Assembly (NCBI GenBank): GCA_035296965.1
Contig: DATGZX010000367.1
Span: 1 to 58,923, forward strand
DNA: 58,923 nt
Direction: 5' to 3'
From: Gemmataceae bacterium
GTDB taxonomy: Bacteria > Planctomycetota > Planctomycetia > Gemmatales > Gemmataceae
Shown here piece by piece: positions 49,267 to 58,923 of this stretch (position 1 is its first letter; every line of letters begins with the position of its first letter). The notes under the pieces were generated by a model, which saw only the letters and a program-made list of their open reading frames with translations, had not been told where the DNA came from and did not search any database. The position numbers and the translations under genes are program-made.

Positions 49267-50922
49267 TCACACGGGCAGGGTAAACGTGAACACGGCCCCG
49301 CCCGCCGGCAGATTATCGCCTCGGATCGTGCCGCCGTGCGCTTCGATCAGCCGTTTGCAAATACTTAGCCCTAGTCCAACGCCTGTCTCCTTGCTGCTGA
49401 CAAACGGCTCGAACAACCGCTCGCGAATCCGCGGTGCAATACCAGAGCCAGTGTCGCACACGCGGATCTCAAGGGAGCGCTCCGGAGATTTGGCAGGCGT
49501 TCCATTGCCCGATGGAACGAACTCGCGGACATTCACTTGAATCGTGCCGCCGCGCGGCAGCGCATCGAGCGCGTTGAGGAGCAGATTCACCATCACCTGA
49601 TGAATCTGCTCAGGGTCAATCAAGACGGGGATTGGCTCGGCGGGCAAATCGGCGGCGAGCGTAACCCTCTGCCGGCGCGCTCGCCCCTCGACTAGCGACA
49701 GTGAGCGGCGCAAAACCGCAAGCAAGTCTGTCTGGCGACGTTCGGAACGCGGCGGCTTGGCGAAATCGAGGAACATCTGGATGCACTGTTCCATGCGCCG
49801 GACCTCGTGCTCGATGATACGCAAGTCTTCTTGCGGCAGGCCCACAGAGGCGCCCCCTTCCAGCCCGGTTTGCACCAGCATTTTGACGGAGGTGAGCGGA
49901 TTGCGCAGCTCGTGCGCCACACCTGCAGCCACTTGGCCGACCGCGGCCAATTGTTCCGAGCGGAGCACCTCGCGTTCCCGCTGCTGGAGTTGGTCGACGA
50001 TACGTTCGATCTCGGCCAGGACTCCTTGCAACTGGCGATGCAAATCCGGCAGGTCCCCATCCTCTTGCAGAGTGACGGAGCCGAGTTCTCGGTTGAGCCG
50101 GCCGGCTGCATCGCGGATGCCCACACTCAACTGATAAATGGAATGGCGCAAGCTCTGCGCGACGGCATATCCCAACAACAACCCGCTTAGTGGCGCACCT
50201 AGGCCGACGGCCAGCAGGCCCCACTTCAGTTGTTTGACGATCCTCTCGTTCTCGTTGTCGGATCTCTCGATCTGCCCAGCGTTATAAGCCCTTAGCTCCG
50301 TGCATGGGACGAGGACATCCTCCTTAACCTGGCGGGCAAGATCCTTGTCAAAATTTGCCTGGTCGACTTCAGTGAGTTCTTTACCGCGCTCCGCCCACCG
50401 ATCCAGGTATCTTTGGAATCCCGCTTCGATCTTGTTGACGTAGTCCTTTTCTGGATCATGATTAGCTAGGCGATTGGCATCTGCCAAGAATCCACGAGCT
50501 TCATCGTTCCGACCATTGATATCCTGCACCAGTCGATTGGGATGGTCGCGATTCGGCTGTTCAAGCTTGCTGATAATTTCTTTGGCTACCTTTTCGAGAC
50601 TGTGTGCCGCACTGGTGCTCTGCACATTCTCAGTCAGTTCCTCGGAGACCTTGACGTGCAGGCGGTTGAGGTACAAGACGGCCAGAATACAGACCCCTAC
50701 CAATGCCAAGCTGACGAGTACGGTCGGGGCCAACAACTTCAGCGCTAAGGGTCTGCTGAGCACGAGCTGCCTCGGGAGAGTGCGGCAAGGAACGGGAAAT
50801 TTGCTTCCTTCATTATAGGCGAGCCGGAGTGTGATTGGGGCCAAACGAGGGAAGGTTGAATCACCCGCGATATGGGAGCACGATTCGCTCTTGCCATCAG
50901 CGCAAAGAAAAACCCGCGCCAA
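49267..50922 (-). CDS. Sensor histidine kinase (TM, HAMP-like, HisKA, HATPase_c)
   Basis: TM helix near the N-terminus and a second TM helix (LLAVGLGAPLSGLLLGYAVA). The H-box VAHELRNPL and the N/G boxes in the C-terminus are present. The exact start is uncertain; the track ORF may begin too far upstream. Confidence 0.8.
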   Translation of the reverse strand: MARVFLCADGKSESCSHIAGDSTFPRLAPITLRLAYNEGSKFPVPCRTLPRQLVLSRPLALKLLAPTVLVSLALVGVCILAVLYLNRLHVKVSEELTENVQSTSAAHSLEKVAKEIISKLEQPNRDHPNRLVQDINGRNDEARGFLADANRLANHDPEKDYVNKIEAGFQRYLDRWAERGKELTEVDQANFDKDLARQVKEDVLVPCTELRAYNAGQIERSDNENERIVKQLKWGLLAVGLGAPLSGLLLGYAVAQSLRHSIYQLSVGIRDAAGRLNRELGSVTLQEDGDLPDLHRQLQGVLAEIERIVDQLQQREREVLRSEQLAAVGQVAAGVAHELRNPLTSVKMLVQTGLEGGASVGLPQEDLRIIEHEVRRMEQCIQMFLDFAKPPRSERRQTDLLAVLRRSLSLVEGRARRQRVTLAADLPAEPIPVLIDPEQIHQVMVNLLLNALDALPRGGTIQVNVREFVPSGNGTPAKSPERSLEIRVCDTGSGIAPRIRERLFEPFVSSKETGVGLGLSICKRLIEAHGGTIRGDNLPAGGAVFTFTLPV

Positions 50923-51450
50923 TGGCGCGGGTGGGAATGGCCGGGCTCCTGTTCCGGTGAGCCCGACCAGCTATTTTCGAGCAAAGGGGGACACCCGGGC
51001 CTGGGTCGGAAGGCCCGGGTGAGCCAAAGGCCGGGGGCAAACAAGCAGGAATGACGCGACTTCCTGCTTCTTCACCCCCCTTGCCTCTTTTTGACCAAAC
51101 ATCTGCGATCTAGGCTTCATAACCCTTTGTGGTCCCTGTTCCCGGATCCTCGACTGACCCCCGTTCCATTGGTCGCCAGCCTTCGAATCCGGGTTTGGAT
51201 GCTCGCCTGACTAATCGCGAGGGCCTCTTCAGTTCCAGCCCCATCTTCTCTCAAATTCTCGCTTTTCGCCCCGCGAGCGATTGTTTATGAGAGCAAGAGC
51301 CATGCCAAACAATCGCGCTTTCTCCTTATCTTCTTCAAAGCGTTATCCTGAAAAGGTTTGTGTATCAAGCAACTTTCTCGAGATCGCCCGAGCACTAAGA
51401 AGCGTATGCAATTCCTACAAGAATCGTTCCCAGCCGCGTACTTTTTTGCA

Positions 51451-52830
51451 TCATTTTGAAACAGCACGCCCGTTAGCGACCAGAATGACGCGCACGTCCA
51501 TCACATTTGTTTGCGTGAGACCTGTTTTGAGCAAGCTTCCTGTGGCTTCAAAGAAATGGTAGGCGTCGTTGCGAGAGAGGTAGTCCTCGGGAAGGATGCC
51601 TTGATTCTCAGCCCTTGCAAACGTGTCGCTGTCAGCGAAGGCCCCCGCAGCGTCGGTCGGTCCATCCTCCCCGTCGGTGCCGCCACTCAGCAGAACGACG
51701 TCATGCATTCCTTCCTGCCGCAGCTTAACCAGGGCAGCAAGAACGAACTCCTGGTTTCGTCCACCCAGGCCATGCGAATCCGCCAGCGTTACCGTCGTCT
51801 CGCCGCCGCTCAATAAGCAAACAGGAGCAGGGGCTGGCCAGCCGTCCGCGCGAATACTTCGCACCAGGCTCGCCATGACTCCCGCTACCTGCCTTGTTTC
51901 ACCCTCTATATAGGCTCCCAGGTTGACAACGCGATAACCGAGCGCTTCCGCACGGCCATGGGCCGCCGTCAATGATTTCGAATTATTGCCGATAACGAAG
52001 TTTCGAATGGACCCGGGAGGCACTTTAGGCGTCTCGGGGACCTTTCCTTCGAGTCCTTCGACCAGGTAGCGAAGAACGGCCGGCGGAACGCGCTCTTTGC
52101 CTCCTTTGCCTGGGCCTTCAATCAGTCGATATTTTTCCAGAACCGCCAGCGCATCGCGAAAGGTAGTCGGGTCGGGAGATGTCGGACCGGAGGCGATGAC
52201 ATCGAGGGGATCCCCGATCACATCCGAGATGATAAGACTGACCATGACCCGGCCGGTGAACGCGCGGGCGAGTTGCCCGCCTTTGCTGCGCGATAAATGT
52301 TTGCGGACCGTGTTCATTTCATTGATGGTGGCTCCACACGCGTGCAATAGCTGGGTCACACGCTGCTTTTCTTCAAGCGTCACCCCGGTCACGGGAGCGG
52401 GGAATAGGGCGGAGCCGCCGCCGGATAATAGACAGATCGCCAAATCCTCCGGCCCTGCAGCTGCGGCCAGTTTTAGGATTTCCAAGGTGCCTGCGACCCC
52501 CTCAGCCGTCGGCTGGTTCGTCCCTGCGGGCCGGGCAGCATGAAGCTTGATAGCGCGCAGCTTGCGCACGCATTCTGCAGGGACATTGACGATGCCCTCC
52601 ACCCGGTCGATCGAGTCAGCGAGGACTTCTTCAACGGCGGCGCTCATGGCCGCCCCGGCCTTGCCCGCGCCGACCACCAGGATGCGCCGCGCCCTCGCGA
52701 CTTCTTCTTGCAGTCGTAACGTCGGATTGCCGAAGGCCGCACGCACAAGGTCTTGCGGCCTTGCAGCTATCACTGCCGCGTCCCAGATAGCCCGAGCATG
52801 GCGATGCAACGTATCCACAGCATCCCGCAC
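51451..52830 (-). CDS. Glycerate 2-kinase / hydroxypyruvate reductase-like protein (DUF4147 + MOFRL family)
   Basis: 459-aa ORF. The N-terminal domain has the ILVVGAGKAG Rossmann-like motif and the C-terminal part matches the MOFRL region (LLSGGTDGEDGPTDAAGA). The overall pattern matches the glycerate kinase (GckA/TtuD) family. Confidence 0.8.
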   Translation of the reverse strand: MRDAVDTLHRHARAIWDAAVIAARPQDLVRAAFGNPTLRLQEEVARARRILVVGAGKAGAAMSAAVEEVLADSIDRVEGIVNVPAECVRKLRAIKLHAARPAGTNQPTAEGVAGTLEILKLAAAAGPEDLAICLLSGGGSALFPAPVTGVTLEEKQRVTQLLHACGATINEMNTVRKHLSRSKGGQLARAFTGRVMVSLIISDVIGDPLDVIASGPTSPDPTTFRDALAVLEKYRLIEGPGKGGKERVPPAVLRYLVEGLEGKVPETPKVPPGSIRNFVIGNNSKSLTAAHGRAEALGYRVVNLGAYIEGETRQVAGVMASLVRSIRADGWPAPAPVCLLSGGETTVTLADSHGLGGRNQEFVLAALVKLRQEGMHDVVLLSGGTDGEDGPTDAAGAFADSDTFARAENQGILPEDYLSRNDAYHFFEATGSLLKTGLTQTNVMDVRVILVANGRAVSK

Positions 52831-52860
52831 CTAGGGGTCCTCCCAGGTGATGATTTGAGC

Positions 52861-53373
52861 CTACATTTCGAGGAGTTTCGCGAGTCCGGCGGCAACCATT
52901 TGCGGGCCAGTGACATAGTGGCCTCCGCTAGTCCAGGATCGAACCTCATCCGGAGCAGCGCCGAACAGGCGGATCTGCAAGTTATCGATGTCCTTTTCCA
53001 GTTCTTCGAAATGCTTTGCCCAAAGGTAAGCCTCATCAGCCCCGACGCGTTTTTCGCTCTGCCAACGCATCCGGTGGAAGAGTAACGTACTATAAGGAGT
53101 GACAAATCTGCGCGTGCAGGCCGCGAATAGAAGGATAGCCGCCGAGGAGCACTCTCCCAGTACGATTGCAGTGCCTGCCAACTTCCGATGACGCATGAGC
53201 GTCAATACCGCCAGGCTACCAAAGACGCTACCCCCTGCGGAATCGATGTAGAAGATGCATTCCCCACGTGGCGGAAGTTCTAGCAGCGCCTTGACGACTT
53301 CGCTCTCCCAGTCGTCCACGTCGCCTATGACTGGGATTTCCGCAACGTTTTTCTTTGGCTTGCTCTGGCCCAT
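52861..53373 (-). CDS. ClpP-family (S14) peptidase-like protein, short with a possibly diverged catalytic site
   Basis: IFYIDSAGGSVFGSLAVLTLMRHRKLAGTAIVLGECSSAAILLFAA aligns with the ClpP core ([22 protein letters not shown]...ICMGQAASMGAFLL). Only about 170 aa from the chosen Met, and the Ser context is ECSSAA rather than GQAASMG. Confidence 0.6.
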   Translation of the reverse strand: MGQSKPKKNVAEIPVIGDVDDWESEVVKALLELPPRGECIFYIDSAGGSVFGSLAVLTLMRHRKLAGTAIVLGECSSAAILLFAACTRRFVTPYSTLLFHRMRWQSEKRVGADEAYLWAKHFEELEKDIDNLQIRLFGAAPDEVRSWTSGGHYVTGPQMVAAGLAKLLEM

Positions 53374-53540
53374 TGACCGGTTAATTAAAGTGCTCCGTGG
53401 TGAATTCGCGGGCCCAACCCGGCCAGACACTGCTTGCGGAGTGAGATTGTATAGCCACAAGTATCAAGCATACTGGCCTTGCGCTGGTCAGCCAAGAAAG
53501 AATTGTACTCCGTGCGAAGAACGATCATAAACTGGACGGT

Positions 53541-54671
53541 ATGTCCACGGAACCACAACGCGAATCCATATTGCAGGAACCAGGACCGGCGCTTTCCGGC
53601 GTGCTGCACATCTATGTCGCCTTTGACTGGGGGGACGAGGTAGACCTCGAACGCGCTCGTGGATTGGTGCCTGCAGAAGCGCGCGATTTGCCTCGGCGTC
53701 GGCGGACACCGTCATCGATGGGTTATCGTCCCCTGCCGCTCCGATTTGGCTTGCCAGCGATGGCGCTCGAGTTGCCCGAGCTGGGATGCGTCCAGGTGCC
53801 CGCGGAGGCCACCATCTTTGACTTTGGTGCGGTCAGTATCGCATTTCACGTGCATTTTGCCTTGCCCACGGCGGCTTTGATCCGACTAGCCGGCTGGCTG
53901 GCCGAGCCAACCAGTATTGTGAAGGTGGGTCGATCCGCTCTTGAGCCGGTGTACCAGCGACTCTTGCCTGCTATCCAAGCACCCATTTGGAAGGACGATC
54001 TCAGCGAAGAATACTTCGTCTTTCATTTTCAGCCGGATGCCTTTCTACTACCGCCTCCAATCCTTACCGGCTCGCAGACCGCCTGGTTCGCAAGTCTCAC
54101 TCGACTCGAAGCTGGATCTCTGAGCCACGAAGAGATTGCCGAGGCCCTGAGCCTCTACCTGCGCTACAGCCCCGAGGATCTCTTCATCCCTGATTGGGCG
54201 GCTGCGGTGCTGATCGACTCCGACTGCGGCGAGACATTGCAGACTATCGAATTCGCCAACTTGCAACTCCTCGAGTTCCGCCACATCGACGCCCGATTGG
54301 ATGACGTTTTGTCTGTCGCTTACGGGCTCATTCACGCCAGCACCAAATCTCGTCTTCCCTCGTGGCGCAGCCATGCGCGGTCGTTGCGATTTTTGGGAGA
54401 GTTGGAGGTCGAGGCGAACAGTTTATTCGAACGAACCGGCAACGTCCTCAAGTTGGTAGGCGATCAGTATCTCGCGCGCGTCTATCGGCTGCTAGCCCGG
54501 CGCTTTCACCTGGAACAATGGGAACAGAACATTCGACGAAAGCTGGAGGTCGCCGAGGGTGTTTACAAGGTGGTGTCCGACCAGTCCGAAACCCATCGCG
54601 CGGAATTTCTCGAAGTGACGGTGGTTTTCCTCATTTTGCTGGAGATAGTTCTTGCGCTGCTCAGGCATTGA
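53541..54671 (+). CDS. Hypothetical protein with a C-terminal TM anchor
   Basis: 376-aa ORF ending in a hydrophobic helix (VTVVFLILLEIVLALL). The overall architecture is reminiscent of the DUF155/RMD1 type, but I cannot confirm this from motifs. Confidence 0.35.
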   Translation: MSTEPQRESILQEPGPALSGVLHIYVAFDWGDEVDLERARGLVPAEARDLPRRRRTPSSMGYRPLPLRFGLPAMALELPELGCVQVPAEATIFDFGAVSIAFHVHFALPTAALIRLAGWLAEPTSIVKVGRSALEPVYQRLLPAIQAPIWKDDLSEEYFVFHFQPDAFLLPPPILTGSQTAWFASLTRLEAGSLSHEEIAEALSLYLRYSPEDLFIPDWAAAVLIDSDCGETLQTIEFANLQLLEFRHIDARLDDVLSVAYGLIHASTKSRLPSWRSHARSLRFLGELEVEANSLFERTGNVLKLVGDQYLARVYRLLARRFHLEQWEQNIRRKLEVAEGVYKVVSDQSETHRAEFLEVTVVFLILLEIVLALLRH

Positions 54672-54987
54672 AGCCCCACCGCTGCTCAGACGAACATGCA
54701 TGCAACCATCCTGTTGCATTCCACTGTCGTTTTTGTCGGTAGATTTTTGGGCTGGTTAGGCTCGGTTTGGGTGGGCTGGCGTGATTTGCAAGGCATTTTC
54801 GCGGTTATGTGACGATAATAGGACAAAGAGGACGCATATAGTCTTTGTGAATCATGCCAATTCCGGGAGGGGGCCTAAACAGTCCCAAAAGTCTCAGAAT
54901 GCGGAAGTGTTGATTTTTGCGGGGTTTGCTGATGGATAGGCAGGGCAAAGCGTGTCCAAAACCAGGGGTGCCATTCTCAAAAAGGCG

Positions 54988-57471
54988 CTACTTCACCATC
55001 ACGATTGCCACACCGTCATCCATGATGGTGCTGAATGCCTGCTGAAGCTTAGTTTGTCGTTGCGCAAGCGTTCCAATGCACAACTTGTAATAATTGGGAT
55101 CAGAGGTGGCGGTGACAGAAGATGGAAACCCTGTGCCGCCAATCGCTGAAAGCTGCTGCAGCAGCGTCATGGCGCTCGTGGCTTCCGACCCGGAGGCGGT
55201 GGGTTCAAAAATGGCCCCAAAGGCGATGCAATGCACTATCACCGGCTTGCGCGGAGTCGCGAATCCGGGGCCATTTGTGTTATCGGTTGTCAGGGCGCAA
55301 ATCTTCGTGAGGACCTGAATGGCGTCCTGGCCGGGGTTGTTCGAAGAGGTTTGTACCGTATCGCTAGGAGTTATGTTGTAATACGAATTATAGGCGCCAG
55401 CGTTGGTGAAGGACTGCTGCGTCGATTGGTTCGCCATGCCATCGGTTTCGAGCACCACGAGGCGCTGCGCACCAACCCGTCCCAAACCGCCTACTGCCTG
55501 GGCTTGCAATGAGGAATTTGCACTGAATTGGTTGTAGGCCAGCATGAATCCGTAACTCGTCGCCGTGTTGGCGTCGTAATCGCCGTGGGCTCGAGGTGTC
55601 TGCATACCGTTGGGGTCCCAGGGGCGCACGTCGGTCGTGGCACTGTTCGGAGGAAACCAGAGCGAATTGATCATGCCGCTGTAGTTGCGGCTGAGGTTGT
55701 ATTGAGCCTGGGGGAACTGTCCGGCTTCCGGGGGCTCATTCGCATAGTGAGGCCGGCTGAAGAGGATCATCGACACCAGATCGTTGGGATGATTGGTTTG
55801 GATGTCGGTCAGAGCGCCCTGAATGCCAAGTTTGGCGGCCACCATAGAGATGTCACTCGCCGTACCTGGAAAGAGTCCCGTGTCCGACATGTACTGAATC
55901 ATCGTCATGGGCCCGAACCAAAAACGGTGACGCGGCCGTTTTGGATTATCTGTCGGCGAGATATACGGCTGGCCGCTTGGGGTCAAGTGAGTCCCGTCGG
56001 GACCCGTGATTTGCACGTATTGGCCGCTGGTCGATGTGCCGCAGGTGAACTCGTTCCCGATACTGCATGACGGGTTGTTTGGAGCCTGAATGTTGCCGAA
56101 TGGGTCGCGCCAGACGCCTAGCGTGTAGTCGATGTACTCTTTCCAAAAGCGTTGATCGGGATTGGTAATGGTTCTGTTCAGCTGGGTATGGTCGTAAGCA
56201 GTGGCGGGAACATCGCTCGGTATCTGCGAGTAGTAAAGGATGTTTCCGGCTCGAAGGGTCGGTGGAAAGGGATTCGGGCCACTCTGGATCCACTTGAGAA
56301 TGGCCTTGTAGTTAATGACGTAGTTGCCGGAAGGGGTCAGCATGATGCCGTTGGAGCCGAACAGCTTCGTACTATCGTTCAACGGGCCGCCAAAGGTGGG
56401 ATAGCTGCCGCCCGACGCGAAGAAATAGAGTTGTCGCCAGTCGTTGCTCACGCCGTTAGTTGTTGTCGGGTCGGGAGGCCAAATGAAGAACGTCTTGCCC
56501 CAATAGCCCGGGCCCTGCGTGTAGCCATAAAACTGTCCGTTGTAGTGGGCGTAGCCTTCGAAGGTCTTGCTGGTATTGCCGCCGCGAATTTCGGACCAAT
56601 TCTTTGCCGGAGTCGTGGTGTTCATGACAGGCAGGGGAACATCCCCGCCGGGACTCGTGTTGGTGATACTTCCGGGAGCCGGGACGAAAGCAGGAGAAGC
56701 GCTCGAACCCCGGGCATTCTGGTAATAGTTGGTCACCATCGCCGGAACGCCCAGGACGGATTGCGTCACATTGCACTTGCCGACCCGAGGGTCGGTGCTG
56801 GTGCACTGCATGTTTGCCAATGGCGAGTAGCTTGGGGCATAAGGCCCATACTGCGGGAAGACAGGATCGGTGTTATTGGATGTTCCCTGAAGGCTGCCAA
56901 GGTAGGTTTCGCAGTTCCAAAGATCGCTTTCGTTGTTCATCGAGCCCGAGTAGTCGAGGACGATCGACACGTCTCGAGGCCGATGCGCCGCGATCGCCGT
57001 TGCGGAAACGTTGAGAGAATTCAGGTTGAAGACCTTGGCAAAAGCATATGCCACATTGTGCGTCACTGTGACCTGCGTGAGGTTGTAGTTGTCCGGTGAC
57101 ACGGGCGGGAATTGCGGGTAAAACGTTTGGCTGCTTGGATCGTAATGGTAAGCACCGTGCTGAATAGTTAGGTCAGTTGTCTGGATTGGCTGAGAGAGCA
57201 CGCTGTTGTTCGTGGCCGCATTTTGGGCATTTGCGGTGGCGGCCGTGAGGTTGCTGCTCGGACTCCCGTCGAGAGTGCGCGCACCGGTCATTGCAGCAGA
57301 ATCGGCAGCGTTCTGACATTGCGTCCTAGCCACCACGATCATGCCTACGTCGATCGCCATCGCTACGAAGCCACAAATGGCGACGAGACCGATGACGAGC
57401 AACGGCAGAATCGTGCCGCGTCGTTGCTCACGCAGGGACTTGGCTATCATGGCATTCTCCCGTTCGTCCAT
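54988..57471 (-). CDS. tadG: TadG-like pseudopilin/pilus-assembly protein with a vWA-like domain
   Basis: The N-terminal Tad domain motif (ILPLLVIGLVAICGFVAMAIDVGMIVVARTQCQNAADSAAMTGARTL), then DVSIVLDYSGSMNNESD (MIDAS-like). The large Asn/Thr/Ser/Gly-rich body suits a surface protein. Confidence 0.7.
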   Translation of the reverse strand: MDERENAMIAKSLREQRRGTILPLLVIGLVAICGFVAMAIDVGMIVVARTQCQNAADSAAMTGARTLDGSPSSNLTAATANAQNAATNNSVLSQPIQTTDLTIQHGAYHYDPSSQTFYPQFPPVSPDNYNLTQVTVTHNVAYAFAKVFNLNSLNVSATAIAAHRPRDVSIVLDYSGSMNNESDLWNCETYLGSLQGTSNNTDPVFPQYGPYAPSYSPLANMQCTSTDPRVGKCNVTQSVLGVPAMVTNYYQNARGSSASPAFVPAPGSITNTSPGGDVPLPVMNTTTPAKNWSEIRGGNTSKTFEGYAHYNGQFYGYTQGPGYWGKTFFIWPPDPTTTNGVSNDWRQLYFFASGGSYPTFGGPLNDSTKLFGSNGIMLTPSGNYVINYKAILKWIQSGPNPFPPTLRAGNILYYSQIPSDVPATAYDHTQLNRTITNPDQRFWKEYIDYTLGVWRDPFGNIQAPNNPSCSIGNEFTCGTSTSGQYVQITGPDGTHLTPSGQPYISPTDNPKRPRHRFWFGPMTMIQYMSDTGLFPGTASDISMVAAKLGIQGALTDIQTNHPNDLVSMILFSRPHYANEPPEAGQFPQAQYNLSRNYSGMINSLWFPPNSATTDVRPWDPNGMQTPRAHGDYDANTATSYGFMLAYNQFSANSSLQAQAVGGLGRVGAQRLVVLETDGMANQSTQQSFTNAGAYNSYYNITPSDTVQTSSNNPGQDAIQVLTKICALTTDNTNGPGFATPRKPVIVHCIAFGAIFEPTASGSEATSAMTLLQQLSAIGGTGFPSSVTATSDPNYYKLCIGTLAQRQTKLQQAFSTIMDDGVAIVMVK

Positions 57472-57522
57472 TTCTCAGCCACCGCTCGGCCCCACAAAAC
57501 AAAGGAGGCCTGGGACGGCAAG

Positions 57523-57963
57523 CTAATTTGCCTCGCTCAGCATGATCACCTTGGAATGCATCACGACCGGATTGGGAAGGAATCCGAAACTCGGCAGCAT
57601 GGGCGTATAACTTGCTTGCAGATCCACGGCGATGCCTTGGCCAAACGCCGCATTTGTCCAGGGGCCGAGGTTGGCTCCTGAGCTTGGGTCCGCCTGGTAT
57701 ACGTTGAAGGAGGTCAATGTGAGTGGCTGGCTCGCCAAACAGCCGAGAACGCAGTTTTGAATATCGGACGTGGCGAGAGATTCTGTGTTGGCGACAGCCA
57801 GCCGGGCACCCTCGCGCGCGGAGTTATCCAGGAGGTGACGCAGCATCACAAACCTGCCGTACTCGAACAGCGCGAAGAGAACTACCAGGCAGGCGCCAAT
57901 GGCAATAGCAGTTTCTACCGCAGCCACGCCGCTCCGCCGCGTAATTCGCGAGCTACTGGACAT
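57523..57963 (-). CDS. tadE: TadE-like pseudopilin
   Basis: RRSGVAAVETAIAIGACLVVLFALFEYGRFVMLRHLLDNSAREGARLAV is the canonical TadE N-terminus. Length is 146 aa. Confidence 0.75.
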   Translation of the reverse strand: MSSSSRITRRSGVAAVETAIAIGACLVVLFALFEYGRFVMLRHLLDNSAREGARLAVANTESLATSDIQNCVLGCLASQPLTLTSFNVYQADPSSGANLGPWTNAAFGQGIAVDLQASYTPMLPSFGFLPNPVVMHSKVIMLSEAN

Positions 57964-57975
57964 TGGATTGGCTCC

Positions 57976-58455
57976 TCAATAACCTGCGGGCTCCGTGACC
58001 GAAGTAGGATAATTCTGGTCTTTCAAGGAGTACCAGGTAGCCTGCGCACTAAGTTGCGATGAGTTGTTCGTGATCAGATGCAGCCCGATCCAACGAACGT
58101 CAGCAAAGGGGATTGTGAGGGACACCTGCAATTGATCCAGCTGGGCCGCATTCTCAACGTCGGTGCCCGTATTCGTGATATCCGACACAGTTACCACGAC
58201 GTGCGTCGTCGGGATGCTGGCGTTCTGCAGGTAATTGAGTACGACCTGCTGGACCTGGGCGCTGCTGATCTGTCCGGTAGATGCCTGGCGGGCGCCCTCG
58301 CGTGCTGCGTTACTCAACATCTGTTTCACATTGATCAGCCGTCCAACTTCCCAGGTCCCGAGGAGCAACGGAGGTAAAATGAAGCTCATCACCAAGGCCA
58401 ATTCAACGGCGGCGATTCCGCGCCTGGCGCGTTTGCCGTTAACTAGTCGAGCCAT
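57976..58455 (-). CDS. tadE: TadE-like pseudopilin
   Basis: MARLVNGKRARRGIAAVELALVMSFILPPLLLGTWEVGRLINVKQMLSNAAREGARQAS. Start placed at this internal Met; the longer track ORF would run through the C9/G9 homopolymer. Confidence 0.65.
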   Translation of the reverse strand: MARLVNGKRARRGIAAVELALVMSFILPPLLLGTWEVGRLINVKQMLSNAAREGARQASTGQISSAQVQQVVLNYLQNASIPTTHVVVTVSDITNTGTDVENAAQLDQLQVSLTIPFADVRWIGLHLITNNSSQLSAQATWYSLKDQNYPTSVTEPAGY

Positions 58456-58534
58456 GACCTTCCTCCATCGTAGGGCGATCCGTTGGGCTTGCTGCCCATT
58501 GGTTGGCAGAGCATGGCGTTTCACTCGCTGTAGC

Positions 58535-58543
58535 GGGGGGGGG
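58535..58543. repeat. G9 homopolymer (C9 on the coding strand of the Tad genes) about 80 bp upstream of the first TadE-like start
   Basis: tagcggggggggggccgcgg read directly. It lies in the 5' region of the Tad pseudopilin cluster, or inside the coding sequence if the longer ORF is real. Confidence 0.7.
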
Positions 58544-58923
58544 CCGCGGAGATTCCGGATCGGGCTATGGACGCAGAATTCAGGTCTCACGGAATCATTA
58601 AGCAGATCCGCGTACATGGACGGGTCGAGTCGCCTTCTTAAGCGCCTGATCACTCGCGTATTATTGTTCAATGGAATCTAGGTCATGGCTGCGAAAGAGC
58701 AAGTAAGCGACCATTTTCTTTCGTCTCGACTTCCCATGGGTCAGCGTTTCGTGAAAATAAATCCTGCTGCTGGCTAGGGATAGCGCCAGGGCGAACGCAT
58801 CAAACTTTCTCTAGGTTTCGTGCCCCAGCCAAGGTTTCCTCGAGAAAACCCGTGTCCAAGGCAGCCGCCTTGCGTTTCCGTGCGATGCTCGTTTTGGCCG
58901 GATTCCGCTTGAGCAGGCTTAAC

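Noticed and set aside
50992-51021. Hairpin cacccgggcct-gggtcgga-aggcccgggtg in the 530-bp gap between the glycerate kinase and sensor kinase genes
   Set aside because: It could be a terminator for the glycerate kinase gene, but it lies about 430 bp downstream and lacks a clear U-tract. The significance is uncertain.

Overview
This is a high-GC, densely coding chromosomal segment. It has the hallmarks of a Planctomycetota (Pirellula-like) genome, and that assignment is inference from gene content only: a DUF1549/DUF1553 plus DUF1501 gene pair, an ECF sigma factor coupled to a Ser/Thr kinase, a giant >11 kb gene, Tat-signal proteins and Tad pseudopilins.

Gene content, left to right:
- A window-truncated array of about 26-bp tandem repeats, then a membrane protein, a Skp/OmpH-like periplasmic chaperone, a secreted hypothetical protein and a porin-like beta-barrel.
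- A DUF1736/TMTC-like TPR membrane protein and a Tat-secreted Gfo/Idh/MocA oxidoreductase.
- An orphan terminator followed by a palindromic repeat element, then an RdgC-like protein and a TolB-like PD40 propeller.
- A five-gene minus-strand aerotolerance (Bat)-like operon: MoxR AAA+ ATPase, DUF58, BatA-like vWA, large double-vWA protein, coiled-coil membrane protein.
- Divergently from that operon, a giant (~3870 aa) signal-peptide TPR protein with an internally duplicated C-terminal beta-sandwich module, translationally coupled to a 953-aa WD40 protein.
- A conspicuous low-GC island of three tightly overlapping small ORFs of unknown function (~34.6-35.9 kb). I consider this the best candidate for an undescribed horizontally acquired system.
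- A DUF1549/DUF1553 - DUF1501 - EF-hand operon.
- An ECF sigma factor, then a fusion of an anti-sigma-like zinc finger, a Ser/Thr kinase and an NfeD-like domain, then flotillin.
- DUF971 and ApbC/Mrp.
- A 1-kb non-coding gap containing three copies of a small hairpin motif.
- A sigma-54-type response regulator and sensor kinase pair, with a second copy of the palindromic element between the two genes.
- Glycerate kinase, a ClpP-like peptidase, and a Tad pseudopilin cluster (TadE, TadE, vWA-TadG) preceded by a G9 homopolymer.

No rRNA, tRNA or CRISPR array was recognised. All motif coordinates were located by hand and may be off by 1-2 nt.
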